From: Octopus vulgaris
Taxonomy: Eukaryota
Length of the DNA stretch: 64,000 nucleotides
NCBI GenBank assembly: GCA_951406725.2
Contig: OX597824.1
Coordinates: forward strand, 94,178,001-94,242,000
Direction: 5' to 3'
A program made the position numbers and the translations under genes. Below are positions 1 to 15,908 of this stretch, piece by piece; within the stretch, counting starts at the first letter, position 1; each line of letters opens with the position of its first letter. The notes under the pieces were generated by a model. It did not search any database. It was not told the origin of the DNA and saw only the letters and a program-made list of their open reading frames with translations.

Positions 1-164
1 GGATAACAGACATATATTATGTGAGAAGATGAACTGATGGTGATGTGCTAGGGTAAAGACAGTCAGAGAGAACGTGGATATGCCTCAGATGTATGTGTGT
101 ATGCGTGTGTAATTTGGGCGGGAAATGGAGAAAGGTAAAGGGCCAATGCGGCGTTTATACACAA

Positions 165-486
165 CCATATATACATACGCACACATACATTTATATATGT
201 GTGTATTTGTGTGTGTGTGTGTGTGTATGTGCGTGTGCGTGCAGGTGTGTGTATATAGAATGTATCATACTTGCTTATATTCAATATGAAGTCCTCTAGG
301 TAGGTCATGGTGTACGTTTGTGTTAAGAATATGCTATATATAGGTGTGTATGTGTATGTATTAATGTATATATATGTACATATATGCACACATACACACA
401 CACATGCATATATTTTAAATATACATACATATAAATATAAATATATATCTATATATATACATACATATACATACATATATATATAC

Positions 487-539
<53 letters not shown>

Positions 540-639
540 CATATTTACATACACACACACACACACATTTTTTCAGCTCATAGCTGCGGCCATGCTGATG
601 CACCGCCGTTTCTGTATATTATATATATATGTATGTATG

Positions 640-670
<31 letters not shown>

Positions 671-687
671 GTGTGTGTGTATATATG

Positions 688-751
<64 letters not shown>

Positions 752-775
752 TGTATGTGTATGTGTGTATGTATG
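165..775. repeat. Compound (AT)n/(GT)n/(ATGT)n microsatellite region, representative of dozens across the window
   Basis: Dinucleotide runs seen directly; the overlapping YIYI/VCVC ORFs are their translations. Confidence 0.95.
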
Positions 776-1085
776 TTTAGGCAGAATACGGGGCGGGTGG
801 GAGGCAAGGACAGAGAGAATGTGTCCATATGTGAGGTGAACAAGGGTAAATGATTTAAACATGCAGCATCTGTAATGAAATAGCCTATTTGAAATAACAA
901 TCCGTTATAAACAAATCATCGTTGTCATCAGCATTATTATTATAATATACAAAGTTTATTAATCTTATACAAATCCGTAGATACACACACACATACATAT
1001 ATATATTTATATATATATAATGAAGGACAGACCTATTGTCATATATACACTTGCTGAGAGACAGGAGAGCTCCATTATCCATATG

Positions 1086-1370
<285 letters not shown>

Positions 1371-2523
1371 GCGCGTCATCCATTCATTTGGGGTTATCCA
1401 TCAAGATCCTATATGGCGTCCACTTTTCTTACGGTGAGATCTTTGATGGTTGACCAATTTCTACTGTAGACCCTCCATCTTTATTACATGTGGGGAAAAC
1501 AGGCAAAGCCATGGAGATAGCATTTATTGCTACATCTCTCCTAGTTACCTTATGCATGCATTTGGCTCTGTTACTCGTCGGAACTGAACTGTCTCCAAGA
1601 GAAACAGTCAGCAGCAGCACCCATCATGATTTCAGGCTTGATCTTCGATATCTTAACAGATATGGATGAGATTTTCATCTCATCCATAGAGTGCTTCTTC
1701 TGCTGTCCTGCTCAGGGTCGATCTTGGTGGAGCTGGTCGTATACCAGTTTGTGGAAGAGTTGACATGAAGCCAGTCCAAATACATACGTCCAACAGCTGA
1801 CAAATCATCATTAAGATAACACTTTTTCCACGCAGCATTATTTTCATGCAAAAACAATATGTAAGGCTCTCAGTAAGAAAGCATGTCCTGAAACAAATAC
1901 AATGACTCCATCTGTCTCAACACAAGAAATATTGGCGGGACATTCTCGTCAAAATTTCCGTCACAACAGACCTAAGAAAAATATGAATATTTGTATAAAC
2001 TTGGAGAAGTTAGCCACCCTAAAATTGTGAAAATTTCTTTGAAAATCGTAGAATATCTCACAATATGATAAATCTACATGAAATACTTCTAATTCTTCGT
2101 GCACTCGACAATAATATTCAATTTCTATGTGATAATCTCGTAAAAATTTTGGCACTTTCAAATAAAGAATGTGACCAGATAGTAACAGACTTTACAAATA
2201 CAGTTTGAAATTTAAAGAGTATAAATATGCAAGACTTTTCTAAAGTCCAACATGTAAGACATCGTTTTTGTTATACAAATTTCAATGATGAGCTTTTTGT
2301 TTCTGTTTTAGAAACCAGTATCTTCCTTATAGGAAGAATTGAAATAATTAACCAGGAAGATAACATATATACATCTCTACATACATTGATCTTCATTCAA
2401 GGCGAATGTAAGATGGGAGTCTTTTTGTGAGAAACCAACTCCTTCTTTATAGGAAGAATTCAAACAATTAGAAGTTAAGACGTATACATTAGCTAGATAG
2501 ATAGATAGATAGATATATAGATA

Positions 2524-2915
<392 letters not shown>

Positions 2916-3634
2916 ATAAGTAGTATTAATCATGATACCAATAAGCGTTACGTCGTAAATTAATGGTGGAATTTTCGGAATCACAGTTGCATTAGTTAAA
3001 ATCGTCGCTACAGCCATATTAAGAGTTTGTATTTCATTTAGTTATCCTATAAGCATAATGAAACATTAAATCTGTTAAGTTTGTGCGAACGTAATTTAAA
3101 GCATAGAGCATTAAAAATAAATTAGGAATATTCTAGACGAATAAAAGGTAGAAAAGTATACTTGATAATTATTAAGTACAAATCCGCAAATGAACAAAGA
3201 AATGATAAAAGGCAAAGTCACGGAGGACATTAAAACGAAATCTTTGATAATCCAAAAAACGTTTTATCCATGCTCTGTCCACCCGATTCTGCCAAATTAT
3301 CGTCCAAACCAAAGAATATTATTTCGAGGTTCCTGGCATGTATGGGTGCCAGATTCTTGGAACCCACCCTTCCTCAATCGTGCGAGCCGAAATATTAAAT
3401 GCAAAATCACTATATAAATCTTCAAACCTGCAAATTTGCAGGCGTAAAGGAATATGCTAAACTATAAATTAAGGCAGAGGCGTTATGTTCGAAACGATAA
3501 GTTAGTGTTAACGCATTTCAGTGACGAAGTGTTATATACGTGATAAAGAACAAAACCTGTTATTAATCGAGTCGTAAATATAATTACATGAAAACTTGAA
3601 TGATGTAATTGTAACTTTGATGTTTAATATCACA

Positions 3635-3711
<77 letters not shown>

Positions 3712-3801
3712 CATCACTTGAAAGTTTATTGACAGCTTGTGGATCTCTAAAGTTACAGGTAGTAACGCTACTAGGAATAGGACCGAATATGAGTCAACTC
3801 C

Positions 3802-3855
<54 letters not shown>

Positions 3856-3872
3856 GATGATAATGATGATGG

Positions 3873-3903
<31 letters not shown>

Positions 3904-4377
3904 TGACTTCATTTGTCACTGGGTCATCAGTTGAGGAGGGAATTTACAAGGACGGTGTACGGTTAGTGTGGGAGTTTACATAAAAAAGATGAAAGGAAGA
4001 AAAAAAAGGAAGGAAAGATGGCAATTAAACAGTGTGTACATAGCATAGAATTTACGAGAACACATAGAGAGTGCAATCCTGATACAGGAGAGACATCAGC
4101 TTGGGCCAATCAAGAAACCACTCAGATTGAAGGATTAGGGGTACCACGAAATGGCTTACCTTTCCGCCCAGATGTGGTTCTCCAGCATTGCGGCATGGTA
4201 CAGTAAAAATAATGACTTTATTTCTATGATCAAGATACACATTTTTGTTATCATTATCGTTTTACTATTACTACTACTACTATTATTACGGCTGCTGCTA
4301 CTATTCCTTCTCCTCCTCCTCCTCCTCCTCCTCCTCCTCCTATTACTACTACTACTACTATTGTTATTATTATTATT

Positions 4378-4640
4378 GCGTTTGCACAACTTCTAACGCT
4401 GGAGATGTACTACAGTGTCAGCTGTTCACTACCAGTGAACTAAGGTAACAGCCCTTATAATTTTTCGGGCACCTTATGAAATATTCGAGCGGTTCCAAGC
4501 AGTGCTGTTTTCTGCAAGTGCTCCACCCTTAATGCAGCCCCTATTTGTTCCACGTACTTCTCGAGATTTTTTGCTCACTGTTCCCAGGGCTCCGGCAATT
4601 ATTGGTACTACTACCACCTTTTCCATCGACCACAACTGCT
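4378..4640 (-). mobile_element. Dong/R4-clade non-LTR retrotransposon 3' end, decayed
   Basis: Minus strand reads KQLWSMEKVVVVPIIAGALGTVSK/NLEKYVEQIGAALRVEHLQKTALLGTARIFHKV with one frameshift, the typical RLE-clade C-terminus; flanked by (TTA)n. Confidence 0.85.
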
Positions 4641-4652
4641 TATTATTATTAC

Positions 4653-4767
<115 letters not shown>

Positions 4768-4937
4768 TATTATTATTATTATTATTATCATCAATATTAG
4801 TAAAACTTTCGGTAGTATTAGCTTAGTAATTAGTAATACGATAACACGTATTATTCATTAGATAATCACATTAACTTAGATATATTACATTGAATGGGCT
4901 CTCAATAAGACGCATTATAAAGGAAAATGACGACAAT

Positions 4938-4971
<34 letters not shown>

Positions 4972-4979
4972 ACGACGAC

Positions 4980-5018
<39 letters not shown>

Positions 5019-5732
5019 ATTTATGACACTGATAAGGATGCAAAGAGTGAATGGAGTGACGCAGTAAAATATTACTTTCGCGATATTAGTGGCGATGTTG
5101 ATACATAATGATAACAATAAGAAGAAAAATAACAACACTAATAACTACAATAACTCCAGTAACAACTACAACAACAACAACAGCAACAACAACAACAACA
5201 ACAGCAACAACAACAACAACAACAACAACGGCGACAATAGAACAATAATACCAATATTAATAATAATATTCATAATAATTATTATTCATAGCAAAAAAAT
5301 ACATGAACTATAAAAAAAAATGTATTTATATGAAAAAACATGAATTCACACAAAAAAGGAAAATGCAATTCTTTGGTCTCACGAAGAAGGAAAGAAAATG
5401 GTAAATTGGAAAAGAAATCAATGTCATCTGACAAAACGGTTGATTTGATTTGGTTTTTTTATTGTTTTTGAAGGGAGAAGAAAAGGGGCTGTTTGTGTTT
5501 GAGGAAGGATGACGTTAGAGGACAAATGAAGAAAGGAATATAGAATATTAATATAATAAGCGAACAATGGAAAATAATATATATATATATTCAGAGGAAG
5601 AAAAAAATAACAATTCAGAGAGAGAAGAAGAAAAAAGAGTGTAAAGGAAAAGATAAGAGCTTATGAATTGTTTGTGCGCATGAGCGGAAATGTTTGTGTA
5701 TGGGTCTGCAGTGTGTGTGTGTGAGTATGCTT

Positions 5733-5774
<42 letters not shown>

Positions 5775-5897
5775 TGAGGATAAAAATATAAAGAAATAAA
5801 GAAAGTGTAAAGAAATACGCAAATATAATGTGCTTGATAATGTTATATTGCCAAAGATATCGCTTACGATATGTTGTTTTTTTTTTCTCTCGAGGGT

Positions 5898-6034
<137 letters not shown>

Positions 6035-6232
6035 TATATGGACATATATATCTGTGTGTTTATGCATATATGTGTGTATATGAATATGTATACACATGCA
6101 AACCTACATGTGTATATACATGTATGTATATAACCATGCATGTTGACACACACATATAGATGCACATACATACGCATACATATATATACATATGTATATA
6201 TATGTATAAACATATACATATGTATATATATA

Positions 6233-6286
<54 letters not shown>

Positions 6287-7148
6287 AATGCAAATACGTC
6301 TCTTTCGTCTAGAAGTAACAGTACTCGTTGTCCTTTTTTATGCTGTGTAAGGGTCCCTGTTGCATTAATAATGATAAAGATAATAACACTAATAACAATA
6401 ATAATAATAATACCAATAAAATTCTCTAAATTTGTCAATAATGACGTTCCATGACACAAAAAAAAATACAAATAGAAAAACAAAAGACGTTTAAACAAAG
6501 AAAAATGGCGAATGATATTAAAAAATTGCCATATTCATAGTAATAATAAGTAAACATTAATAACAATAATTATGATAATATTGATATTAATAATGATATT
6601 TTCTCCATTTTTTTTTAATACGGGAGGCTTGAAGTGCATAAAAAAAGATACATTGCATGGTGACTTGGTGATGTTTTCAAAACAAAAATAATATAATCAT
6701 TTTCTTTTTCTTTTCCCATATTTTTTTCTGGTGGATTTGGTAAGATCAGACAACCTTACCCGACCAAAAACAAAATGTCCACGCCTCCTCTTCTTCCAAT
6801 ATACGGCTTTCGGCTATAGACTGGGCTGCCAAAGTACAATGTCATTGATTGATTTATCGATCGGTTGATTGCCTCTTCTTCTGATATAGAATATGAAATT
6901 AACAACAACAACAACAACAGAAATAATATTAACAAAAATGACAATAATATTACTTTGTCTTTGCGATATATTTTTCTTTCTTCTTTTCTTCTCAAAAAAA
7001 AAATTCAATTCCTCTTACTATTACGAGTTTGGCTTTCTTTGTTATGCATTCGCAATAATATATGTGGTCTGAGATTTTGAAAGCTAGCGTCAAAGATTAT
7101 CTATTAGAACCACAATTAATTATTCATAATATGCAAATGCTCCACATG

Positions 7149-7194
<46 letters not shown>

Positions 7195-7262
7195 GTATAT
7201 AAATAAGCATATAATATATATTATATATCTAAAAATGTATATACGTATATATATATATATAC

Positions 7263-7308
<46 letters not shown>

Positions 7309-7396
7309 GTATATACATGTATATACATACAACACATAAAACAGTATAGATATATCTCCATAGATCTATACATCTTTATGTAGCCATATACATAGG

Positions 7397-7475
<79 letters not shown>

Positions 7476-7844
7476 GTATATATGCAAGTATACATGTACA
7501 CATTGATACGGTTTTAGATTTCTGTGTGTATATTACACACGTTTGTGAGCATAGACAGGCATTGAACACAAAGAACTGAACATGATAATAAAAATTATTG
7601 CAATATTAGTTTAATTTGCATGATTAGCAAGAACAAAATGTTGCTTTGAAGATTAAAGGAAGCCATTTCGTCCCTGTATACACACCCGGCCCACACACAT
7701 TCACCTCATACGTATACATCTACACACAAAGGATTACACACACAACACACACACACATGTTTCATGTTTATGGATAAATATGCTCATGGGTGTATGCATG
7801 TATTCAATATATATAGCGTGTAAATATGCGTATACATATATATT

Positions 7845-7887
<43 letters not shown>

Positions 7888-8182
7888 GTATGTATATATA
7901 TATATATGTATATGTATGTATATATATATATATGTATATGTATGTATATATATATATATGTATATGTATGTATGTAAGTATATATATGTATCTATGTATT
8001 ATGTAAATAGATATAATTGTATATATACATATATATATAAATGTATATATATACATATGTATATATCTGATACATATACTTGATAAAATGTGATATAGAT
8101 AAAAATTACGCACACACATACATACTCAAAACAGAAGATATGCATCAGTATTTGAAATATTACATGCATATATCCACTTTTA

Positions 8183-8229
<47 letters not shown>

Positions 8230-8578
8230 TGCATTAAATATGCATTTATATTTATGCATATATACATGTAATATAAATATATATATATATATGCATGTAT
8301 GTATGTATTTATATATGTACGTGTGTATGTATGTGTGTGTCTATAAATACAGCAAGCAAGATCAATTCGAAGGGAGACAGAAAAGATGAAGCAGAGACAC
8401 AAATTTCCCTTCGTCACCCGCTAAAGTGAAATTCGTCGCCATATTTGTTTCACTGTTTGTTTTTTCTACATGTCCATCTTGTTTTGATTGTTTTTTTTGT
8501 ATATATATTTCTCTTCCATTTTGAATCATAAAGCCACGCAGACTTAGGTTTAACATTAGTATACATACGTACACACAC

Positions 8579-8611
<33 letters not shown>

Positions 8612-9400
8612 AGTGTATTTATATATATGTTTATATATATATCTGCGTTTGTGTTGCGTTTGCGTGCATATGCATGTGCACCCGTGCATGGATGGACCCA
8701 ACTTTAGCGTGGCATTCATAAAGTTCAGAACATACCAAAACTGAATGAACAGAGAAAGAATTTTGTCGAAATGGAATAAACCAATAACCATATTTTATTT
8801 TCTTCTTACATTTTCGTTTTGAATTGTTTATTTTCTTGGCAAAACGCTTTTGTTTTTCATTAGATTCTTTGTTTAATGGTTTTTTGTTTTGTTTTGTTTT
8901 TTTCGCTTTTCTGTTTTGTTTTTTTGTTTTTTGTTTTTGTCGATTCTGGAACAGTCTATGAATCTGTCCATTCACACAAATCTTTATCTAGGAAATTGAT
9001 TGTTTTGAAACATTGACACCGTACGTTTTGGCACTGTACTATTTACTGTGTCGAAAGTAACACAAACGCCATGTTCAAAATTTTATCGTAGTCATTTTAA
9101 ATATATTTGCAGCTACGTTTAGTTTCGTTATATTATTTTAATGTAAAAAATATTCATCAACTACAAACTTCCAGAAAAATTATCTCAAAACTCACAAAAC
9201 TTGTTAACTGATATTTTTCATGAAGTTTTCTCTACAATATTCTTTAGAATATTTTAGAGAACCAGTTTATCTTCAAGATAAATCAAGAAAATTCTGACTT
9301 GGTTTTTGCGAATGAAATCATGCTATTATCCAAGTAAAATGCTTTATTTGAACCTGGAACGAAATATAAGAAAAAAAAAAGAATATTTAAACAAACAATT

Positions 9401-9619
9401 GTGGAGGCGCAATGGCCTAGTGGTTAGGGCAGCGGACTTGCGGTCGGAGGATCGCGGTTTCGATTCCCAGACCGGGCGTTGTGTGTGTTTATTGTGCGAA
9501 AACACCTAAAAGCTCCACGAGGCTCCGGCAGGGATGGTGGTGGTGATCCCTGCTGTACTCTTTCACCACTCTAAAGGCGGTGCTCCAGCATGGCCGCAGT
9601 CAAATGACTGAAACAAGTA

Positions 9620-9651
<32 letters not shown>
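9401..9651 (+). mobile_element. tRNA-derived SINE (family C head joined to family B tail) with poly(A)
   Basis: A box TGGCCTAGTGG, B box GGTTTCGATTCC; 3' end ctaaaggcggtgctccagcatggccgcagtcaaatgactgaaacaagt matches 30451-30498; ~30 nt A tract. Confidence 0.85.
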
Positions 9652-9652
<1 letters not shown>

Positions 9653-10324
9653 ATTTTCGTTTTATGAACGTATTAATAGGAAGATGAATATTTACAATGA
9701 AAGGAAAAAGTTAAAATAAGCTATTAAATATTACATTTACTAAACAGCAAAAGAAATTCACAAGCCTACCGTAAAACCATTTACCATTTATCATCGGTTA
9801 CATCCTGTCTCTAACCATGCCGAGCAAATATTTAGCATAAATTCCAACGGTGTCATTCCTTAAGATAATAATTAACTTTTGTTTTCGATGGTGATGATTA
9901 CATATCATTGTATATTAATTATTATTGTATATTAATTATATAAGCATATAATCATATATTGGTATTATCATCAACCATTGAAGAGAAACTCCAAAGCAAG
10001 AATGGAATTAGTTTGTTGCAACCGCTTTTTCTAATCACAAAGATAAAGATATGTAGAGTGAAGGTGCTTTCATTTGCCGATACAAACAACACCCAATATT
10101 ACTCACATAAGAATTTTGTAGGATAATTTAGAATTTAGAATTATATATATGTGTGTGTGTGCATGTGTATGTGAGGGTGTGCGCGCGTGTGAGTGATTGT
10201 GTGCGTGTGTGTGTATGTATTATATATATAATATATATGTTTTGGGAGAGAGAATTTATAAATACATATATATGTGTATGTGTGTGTATCCACATATATA
10301 CATATATACGCGCACACATATAAA

Positions 10325-10361
<37 letters not shown>

Positions 10362-10396
10362 GCATATATATACATATATATATATATATATACATA

Positions 10397-10453
<57 letters not shown>

Positions 10454-11086
10454 GTATATATATATATATAGTGGACGATATACAATATGAAATTGATTTA
10501 AGTTCCTTTGCCTCGTTTCCAACGTATTCAAACGATTAGAGTACGATCATTATGAGGATATATGTAAATATACATACAAACATACATGCATACACACATG
10601 TAGCCATCAATTCATCGTCCGGCCACATTGCCACACATGAGTGCATCATGTCTCCTCTTTTAGATCCATGCGTCACGTTCTTATGTCACATCAAATGTCC
10701 GTGTATTTTGTCATAATACATACATGTACAGGTGTATATATGTCTGTTGTTTATGCATGTTGACATACACATACACACACACATATATATATATATACAT
10801 TACATAAACTAGTATATGTGTATGTGTGTGTATGTGAGTGTGTTGAGTGGGTGAGCTTGTAGGTGTGTTTATGTTACTTTGTAAATATTTTTATATGATA
10901 TATATATATATATGTATGTATATATGTATATGTGTATGTCTGTGTACAAAAACATTATGTATATAAACAGATTGACCGATCCAACGTTTATATGTATTCT
11001 CGGTCGTTTCTTTGTTTATACATGATTGATGCTAATATGTAATACACACATTCACACACACATACACACTCACACAGACACACGCA

Positions 11087-11129
<43 letters not shown>

Positions 11130-11987
11130 GCACACGCATATATACATATATACAGACGTACATAAAACATCTATTAAAATTATATATATATATACATATA
11201 TATATTTATATATATTTATATATATATATATATATTGATCTATGTATATAAGGCTTTATGTTGGTATTCCTTGTTCAGCAAGTATTTTGTGTATGTGTGT
11301 GTTTGAATGCGAGTAAATAATTTCAGTATATCATTCTGACCTCTAAGGAACTCACGTAACAATAATTCTGTGCTTTTTTGTTCATATTTAATTCAATAAT
11401 CTGTTGAAATCGATTTCCGACCCAGCCTTCTTCGGTCCTACACTTGGAAGATCGCAAGCGGACAAAGAACCGCCTGCTCTCCATAAGGTCTTCTATTTTC
11501 CCAACTTATTGTGGTTAAAACGTCCTAAGTCCCTTGAAGCCTCGAACCACTTCCTTACACCCTCTGATCAGAATAGATGTGGCCAACCACAGAAATGAGC
11601 TCCCGTTGATGAAATGGTTAATTTCAGTGAAACACCTTCGTCGATCTATGGATTAACGCATTCGCCATTTTATTCTGCCCGGTACTTCGATACATCTGCA
11701 TGACTCGCTGTAAAATATTTAAATATTTCTTAATAAATTTTTATTTAAAATATTTCCTAGAAATAACAACATCAGCAGCGTCAGACTCAAGTTTATATTC
11801 ATATTCAAGTGAGCTGGGTCAAAGGAAATGAAGTCACTTTGGAGACGGTGATACGAACCATCAATGGTTTGAGTTTTAGGCTCAGTGTTACCAATTCTTC
11901 GTTACCAACGGCATTACCAAAATTCAAGAAAAAAAATCCTCATTGAATTTTGTTTCTTTTTTTATATACATACATACACACACACAT

Positions 11988-12052
<65 letters not shown>

Positions 12053-12058
12053 CATATA

Positions 12059-12089
<31 letters not shown>

Positions 12090-12954
12090 ATACATACACA
12101 TATATGTATGTATATGTATATATGTATGTATGTATATATATATACATATATATATATGTATATATATATATATACATACACATATATGTATGTATATATG
12201 TGTGATATATGTGTGTATATGTGTCGTGTGTGTCTGTGCGTGTATATATTTGTGCGCGTGCATATATATATGTGTGTATGTATGTATGTCATCATGGAAA
12301 TGTACTTGCATAGCAAGTGACTTGATATGAGATCGTGTCCTTAAACAAAAGTAATCGCAGCGTGGAAGGTGTTTATAAGCCATTTAGAAACACAAAAAAC
12401 CGTTAGATTTACTTCAACATTTAAATGTAATATTTTCATTGTGCACGAAATATTGTCAATCGCGGCAAATTATTTTGACACAAATTAAATTTAAACGTTG
12501 ATATATATCATCTGCTAATAATCTACGTATCTCCTTGTGATATAATACCTATAATAAAATATATAATCATATCACCTGCGATATGATTTTCATAATTTTA
12601 TTGATAGTGACTTCGCAGTTTCGTTTAATATCAGACCTAATGAGACTAAAATTATAATCAGAATGTTAATTGATAACTGCGGTGGCGAAAAACTTGTAGA
12701 GCTTCGAAGTTATTGTCAACGAAATTATCTAAAACGTCTTACCCCTGGCCTTGAGTACAGGACTAAGAAAAATGTTACTCTTAATCCTCAAAGTTATGTC
12801 CCTTGTCCTTCTTTCAGTTAATGTTCACCGCTTTAATATGGTTACAAAAACAACCAGTTTTAATTATTTTATCGATGGCAGGAGTTTAAAACGATTTCTT
12901 TTGTTGATTTACTTACAATGTTTTCTATCGTCTTGTTTTTACATGTTTCTCACT

Positions 12955-13007
12955 TTCTCTCTGTCTCTCTCTCTCTCTCTTTCGCGTGGTCTGTCTCTCT
13001 CTTTCTC

Positions 13008-13045
<38 letters not shown>

Positions 13046-13245
13046 GCGCTGTCTGTCTGTCTCTCTCTCTCTCACACTTGCTCTGTCTTTCTCTCTGTCT
13101 CCCTCTTTCGCACTGTCTGTCTCTCTCTTTCTCTCTCTTACACTTGCTCTGTCTCTCTCTTTCTTTTACTCTCTCCCTCACTGTCTCTCTCTCTTTTCTG
13201 TTTTACCTACCTTTACCTTGTGTTTTACCTACCTTTACCTTTCCT
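12955..13245. repeat. (CT)n-rich polypyrimidine tract
   Basis: Degenerate tctctc runs. Confidence 0.9.
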
Positions 13246-14274
13246 CCTGGTACGTCTTTAGTATATTGTTTCTCTTCGATTTCAAGTGACTGCATTACCT
13301 GTACCGCTTACGAAAGATTTCGATTTAAGCTCCTTTACAAACTGCAGATGCAACACAACCGACTTCACTCTCGCTGTAAACACTAATATGGACAAGAATA
13401 ACTTCTGTCAAACCAACAAACTCTCATTAAAATTCTCTCGCATGTGACTTTACAATAAGTTAAGGACTGTCGCACGCTATCAACTCATTGACTCGAAAAT
13501 CCAGTACAACAATTTTAAAGGAAAAAGAAAACCTATGCAATTTATAATCCGTGATACCTTTCTGATTATTTGATAAAACAAATACGTCATTTAGGTACAG
13601 AATCGCCCATTCATACCATTCTAGGTTCAAAGTTCCTGCATTATTTTCTTGGTGTAAAATACATTTATTTTCTATATCTCAGTGCGAAACAGTTGTTGTT
13701 AGATTTTACGTAAATATTACCTGTGATATGCACACATCCACACCAACGAGATCCATGCATGTCATATATCTAATGTCATAAGGTGTCAGCTATGCAAAAG
13801 AATTTTTAGTTACTCTCACGGATAGTTTTACTTCTCAGTCCAGCTTTGTGAAGATTTCCGTATCGTGAATGAAAGCTTTTCACCTGCTGTAGTGAGGACA
13901 CGATTTCCAACCAACGTTTTGTTCGCACCATTTGTTCACTCAATCTTCTAGTAATAGCAGCTAAATCTTCCTCATTTATCACTCACTCTTGAGACAAATT
14001 GCGAGATTCATTGCAGTTTCGAGTGATTTCCTCCCGTTGTGTACTCTGACTCGACGTTCTGAGTTCAAACCCGCTCAAGGGCGGCTTTGCCTTTCATTCT
14101 TTCGGAGTCGATATATAAATGTACCAATCAAGGATGGTAGATCGATCGGACATTAAAACACATCGAAAGTGATACCTTGTGGTATTTGTTCCTGCTGTTT
14201 TAGTTCTCAGTTCAAAATCCCGTTGTGGTGTACATGGTAGTAGACTTAACCATCCACCCGGTTTAGCCCCAACA

Positions 14275-14760
14275 CGTAGCACAATGGGTCGACATGTGGC
14301 ACAATGTGACCCCATGTGGGATCCACAATGTGGGACCATGTGGCACCTTGATACCTTTAGCAGAACCCACTCTGTTCCAAGCATTCGGGCCAATGTGACA
14401 CAATGTGATAAAATGTGGTCCCATGTGACACTACGTGGGCCCACATGACACCATGTGGGGCCATGTGAGACCATGCAGCATCTTGGGTACCTTTAGCGGA
14501 AGTTACTCTGTTGCAAGCATTCGGGTCAATTCCATGATATATATATATCTTGTGACACTATGTTGCATCATGTTGTACCATGTTACACCCTGCGGTGCCA
14601 TGTGGAACCATGTGGAATCATGTGGGTACATGCTGAACCATGTGGGCCATTTGGTACCCTGTATACTTTTAGCGGAACTCACTCTGTTGCAAGCATTTGG
14701 GCCAATGTGACACAATGTGAGACTATGTCTTACCATGTGGTATCATCATTCGGGCCAAGT
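14275..14760. repeat. Two-level minisatellite: ~10 bp accatgtgg/acaatgtga subunits inside three longer units
   Basis: Motif tttagc(a/g)ga..actctgtt(c/g)caagcatt(c/t)ggg(c/t)caat recurs near 14355, 14491 and 14667. Confidence 0.8.
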
Positions 14761-14769
14761 CTCTAGCTT

Positions 14770-15050
14770 GAAGATACTCTCTCCCCTTCCTTCCCTCCCT
14801 CTCTAATTTCCTTCCTCATTCCCTTCCTCCTTCGCACTCCCTTCTCCCTGCCTACCTTCCCCTTCCCTCTCGTCATCCCTTTATCCTTCCATCCTCTCTG
14901 CGCTCCTCCCCTCCTTTTCTTCTCTCCCTACCTCCCATTATCCTTCCTTCTTTCTCTACTTCCCTCCATCCTTCATCCTTCCCTCCCCTCTTCCAACCGT
15001 AAGCTCCTTCCCTTCTTCCCTTCTTTCCACCCGCCCTCTTTTCCACTAAT
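14770..15050. repeat. Degenerate polypyrimidine (CCT/CTT) tract
   Basis: Almost purine-free for ~280 bp. Confidence 0.85.
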
Positions 15051-15518
15051 TTCAGATTCCCTGTGAAGAGACATGCGCACTGCCTTTCCTCCCGACCATT
15101 TAAAAAAAAACTAGAAACTCAATGGAAAAGTTAGATTTCATTACATAACGAGCAAAATAAAAACGCACGTCCACTTCTAGAACAGCTTTGATCATCGTTC
15201 TGGTGGATCGAGTCAAGACATGACCTCAGGCTTCATCGTCGGCTCAACTTCATTGTTGTAAGAGGCCATCTAATATTTTATCTCCTACTTGTTTCAGCCA
15301 TTGGACTGTGGCTATGCTGTGGCACCAGCTTGAAGGATTTAGTCGAAGATATTGACCCCAGAGTTTATTTTAAGTCTGGTACACATACCATTGGTGTCAA
15401 GACTAATTTGAACACAGGTATTAAACAAAAAGTTATAGTAGTTTAAATGCTTCACTTTTGGTCTTTACTGTCAGTTTAACCTCGTTCATTCTAGACGTCA
15501 ATAATGATATAAAAAATA

Positions 15519-15908
15519 AGGTAACGAGCTGGCAGAATCGTTAGCCGGACAAAATGCTTAGCGGTATTTCGTCCGGCTTTATGTTCTGAGTTCAAATTCT
15601 GCCGAGGTCGACTTTGCCTTTCAGCATTTTGGGGCTGATAAAATAAAGTACCAGCTAAGAAATGGGGTCGTTGGTGTCAACTACCAGCCCTGCCCCCAAA
15701 TTTCTGACATTGTACCTAGCATGCCAGAAAAACTTTCAGCGGCATTTTGTCGGACTTTAAGTTCTGGGTTCAAATTCCACCGAGGTCGACTTCGGCTTTC
15801 ATCATGTTGGGGGCCGATAAAATAAGTACCAGTTGAGAACTGGGGTTGACCTAATCGACTTACAATCTCACCCGAAAGTTTCTGGCCTTGTGCCAATATT
15901 TGAAACCA
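15519..15908 (+). mobile_element. Two tandem diverged family A SINE units
   Basis: gagctggcagaatcgttagc head; core gaggtcgactttgcctttca...gataaaataagtaccag present twice. Confidence 0.75.

Noticed and set aside
9401-9480. Functional tRNA gene (also 53400-53473 and 57531-57603)
   Set aside because: Acceptor and T stems do not pair properly and the sequences continue into SINE bodies.
12340-12900. Penelope remnant (short inverted repeat 12416-12500; LKRLTPGL resembling a GIY-YIG C-terminus)
   Set aside because: Resemblance too weak to support by eye.
14275-14760. CRISPR-like array
   Set aside because: Eukaryotic context, spacers are themselves subrepeats, repeats are degenerate, and no cas genes are present.
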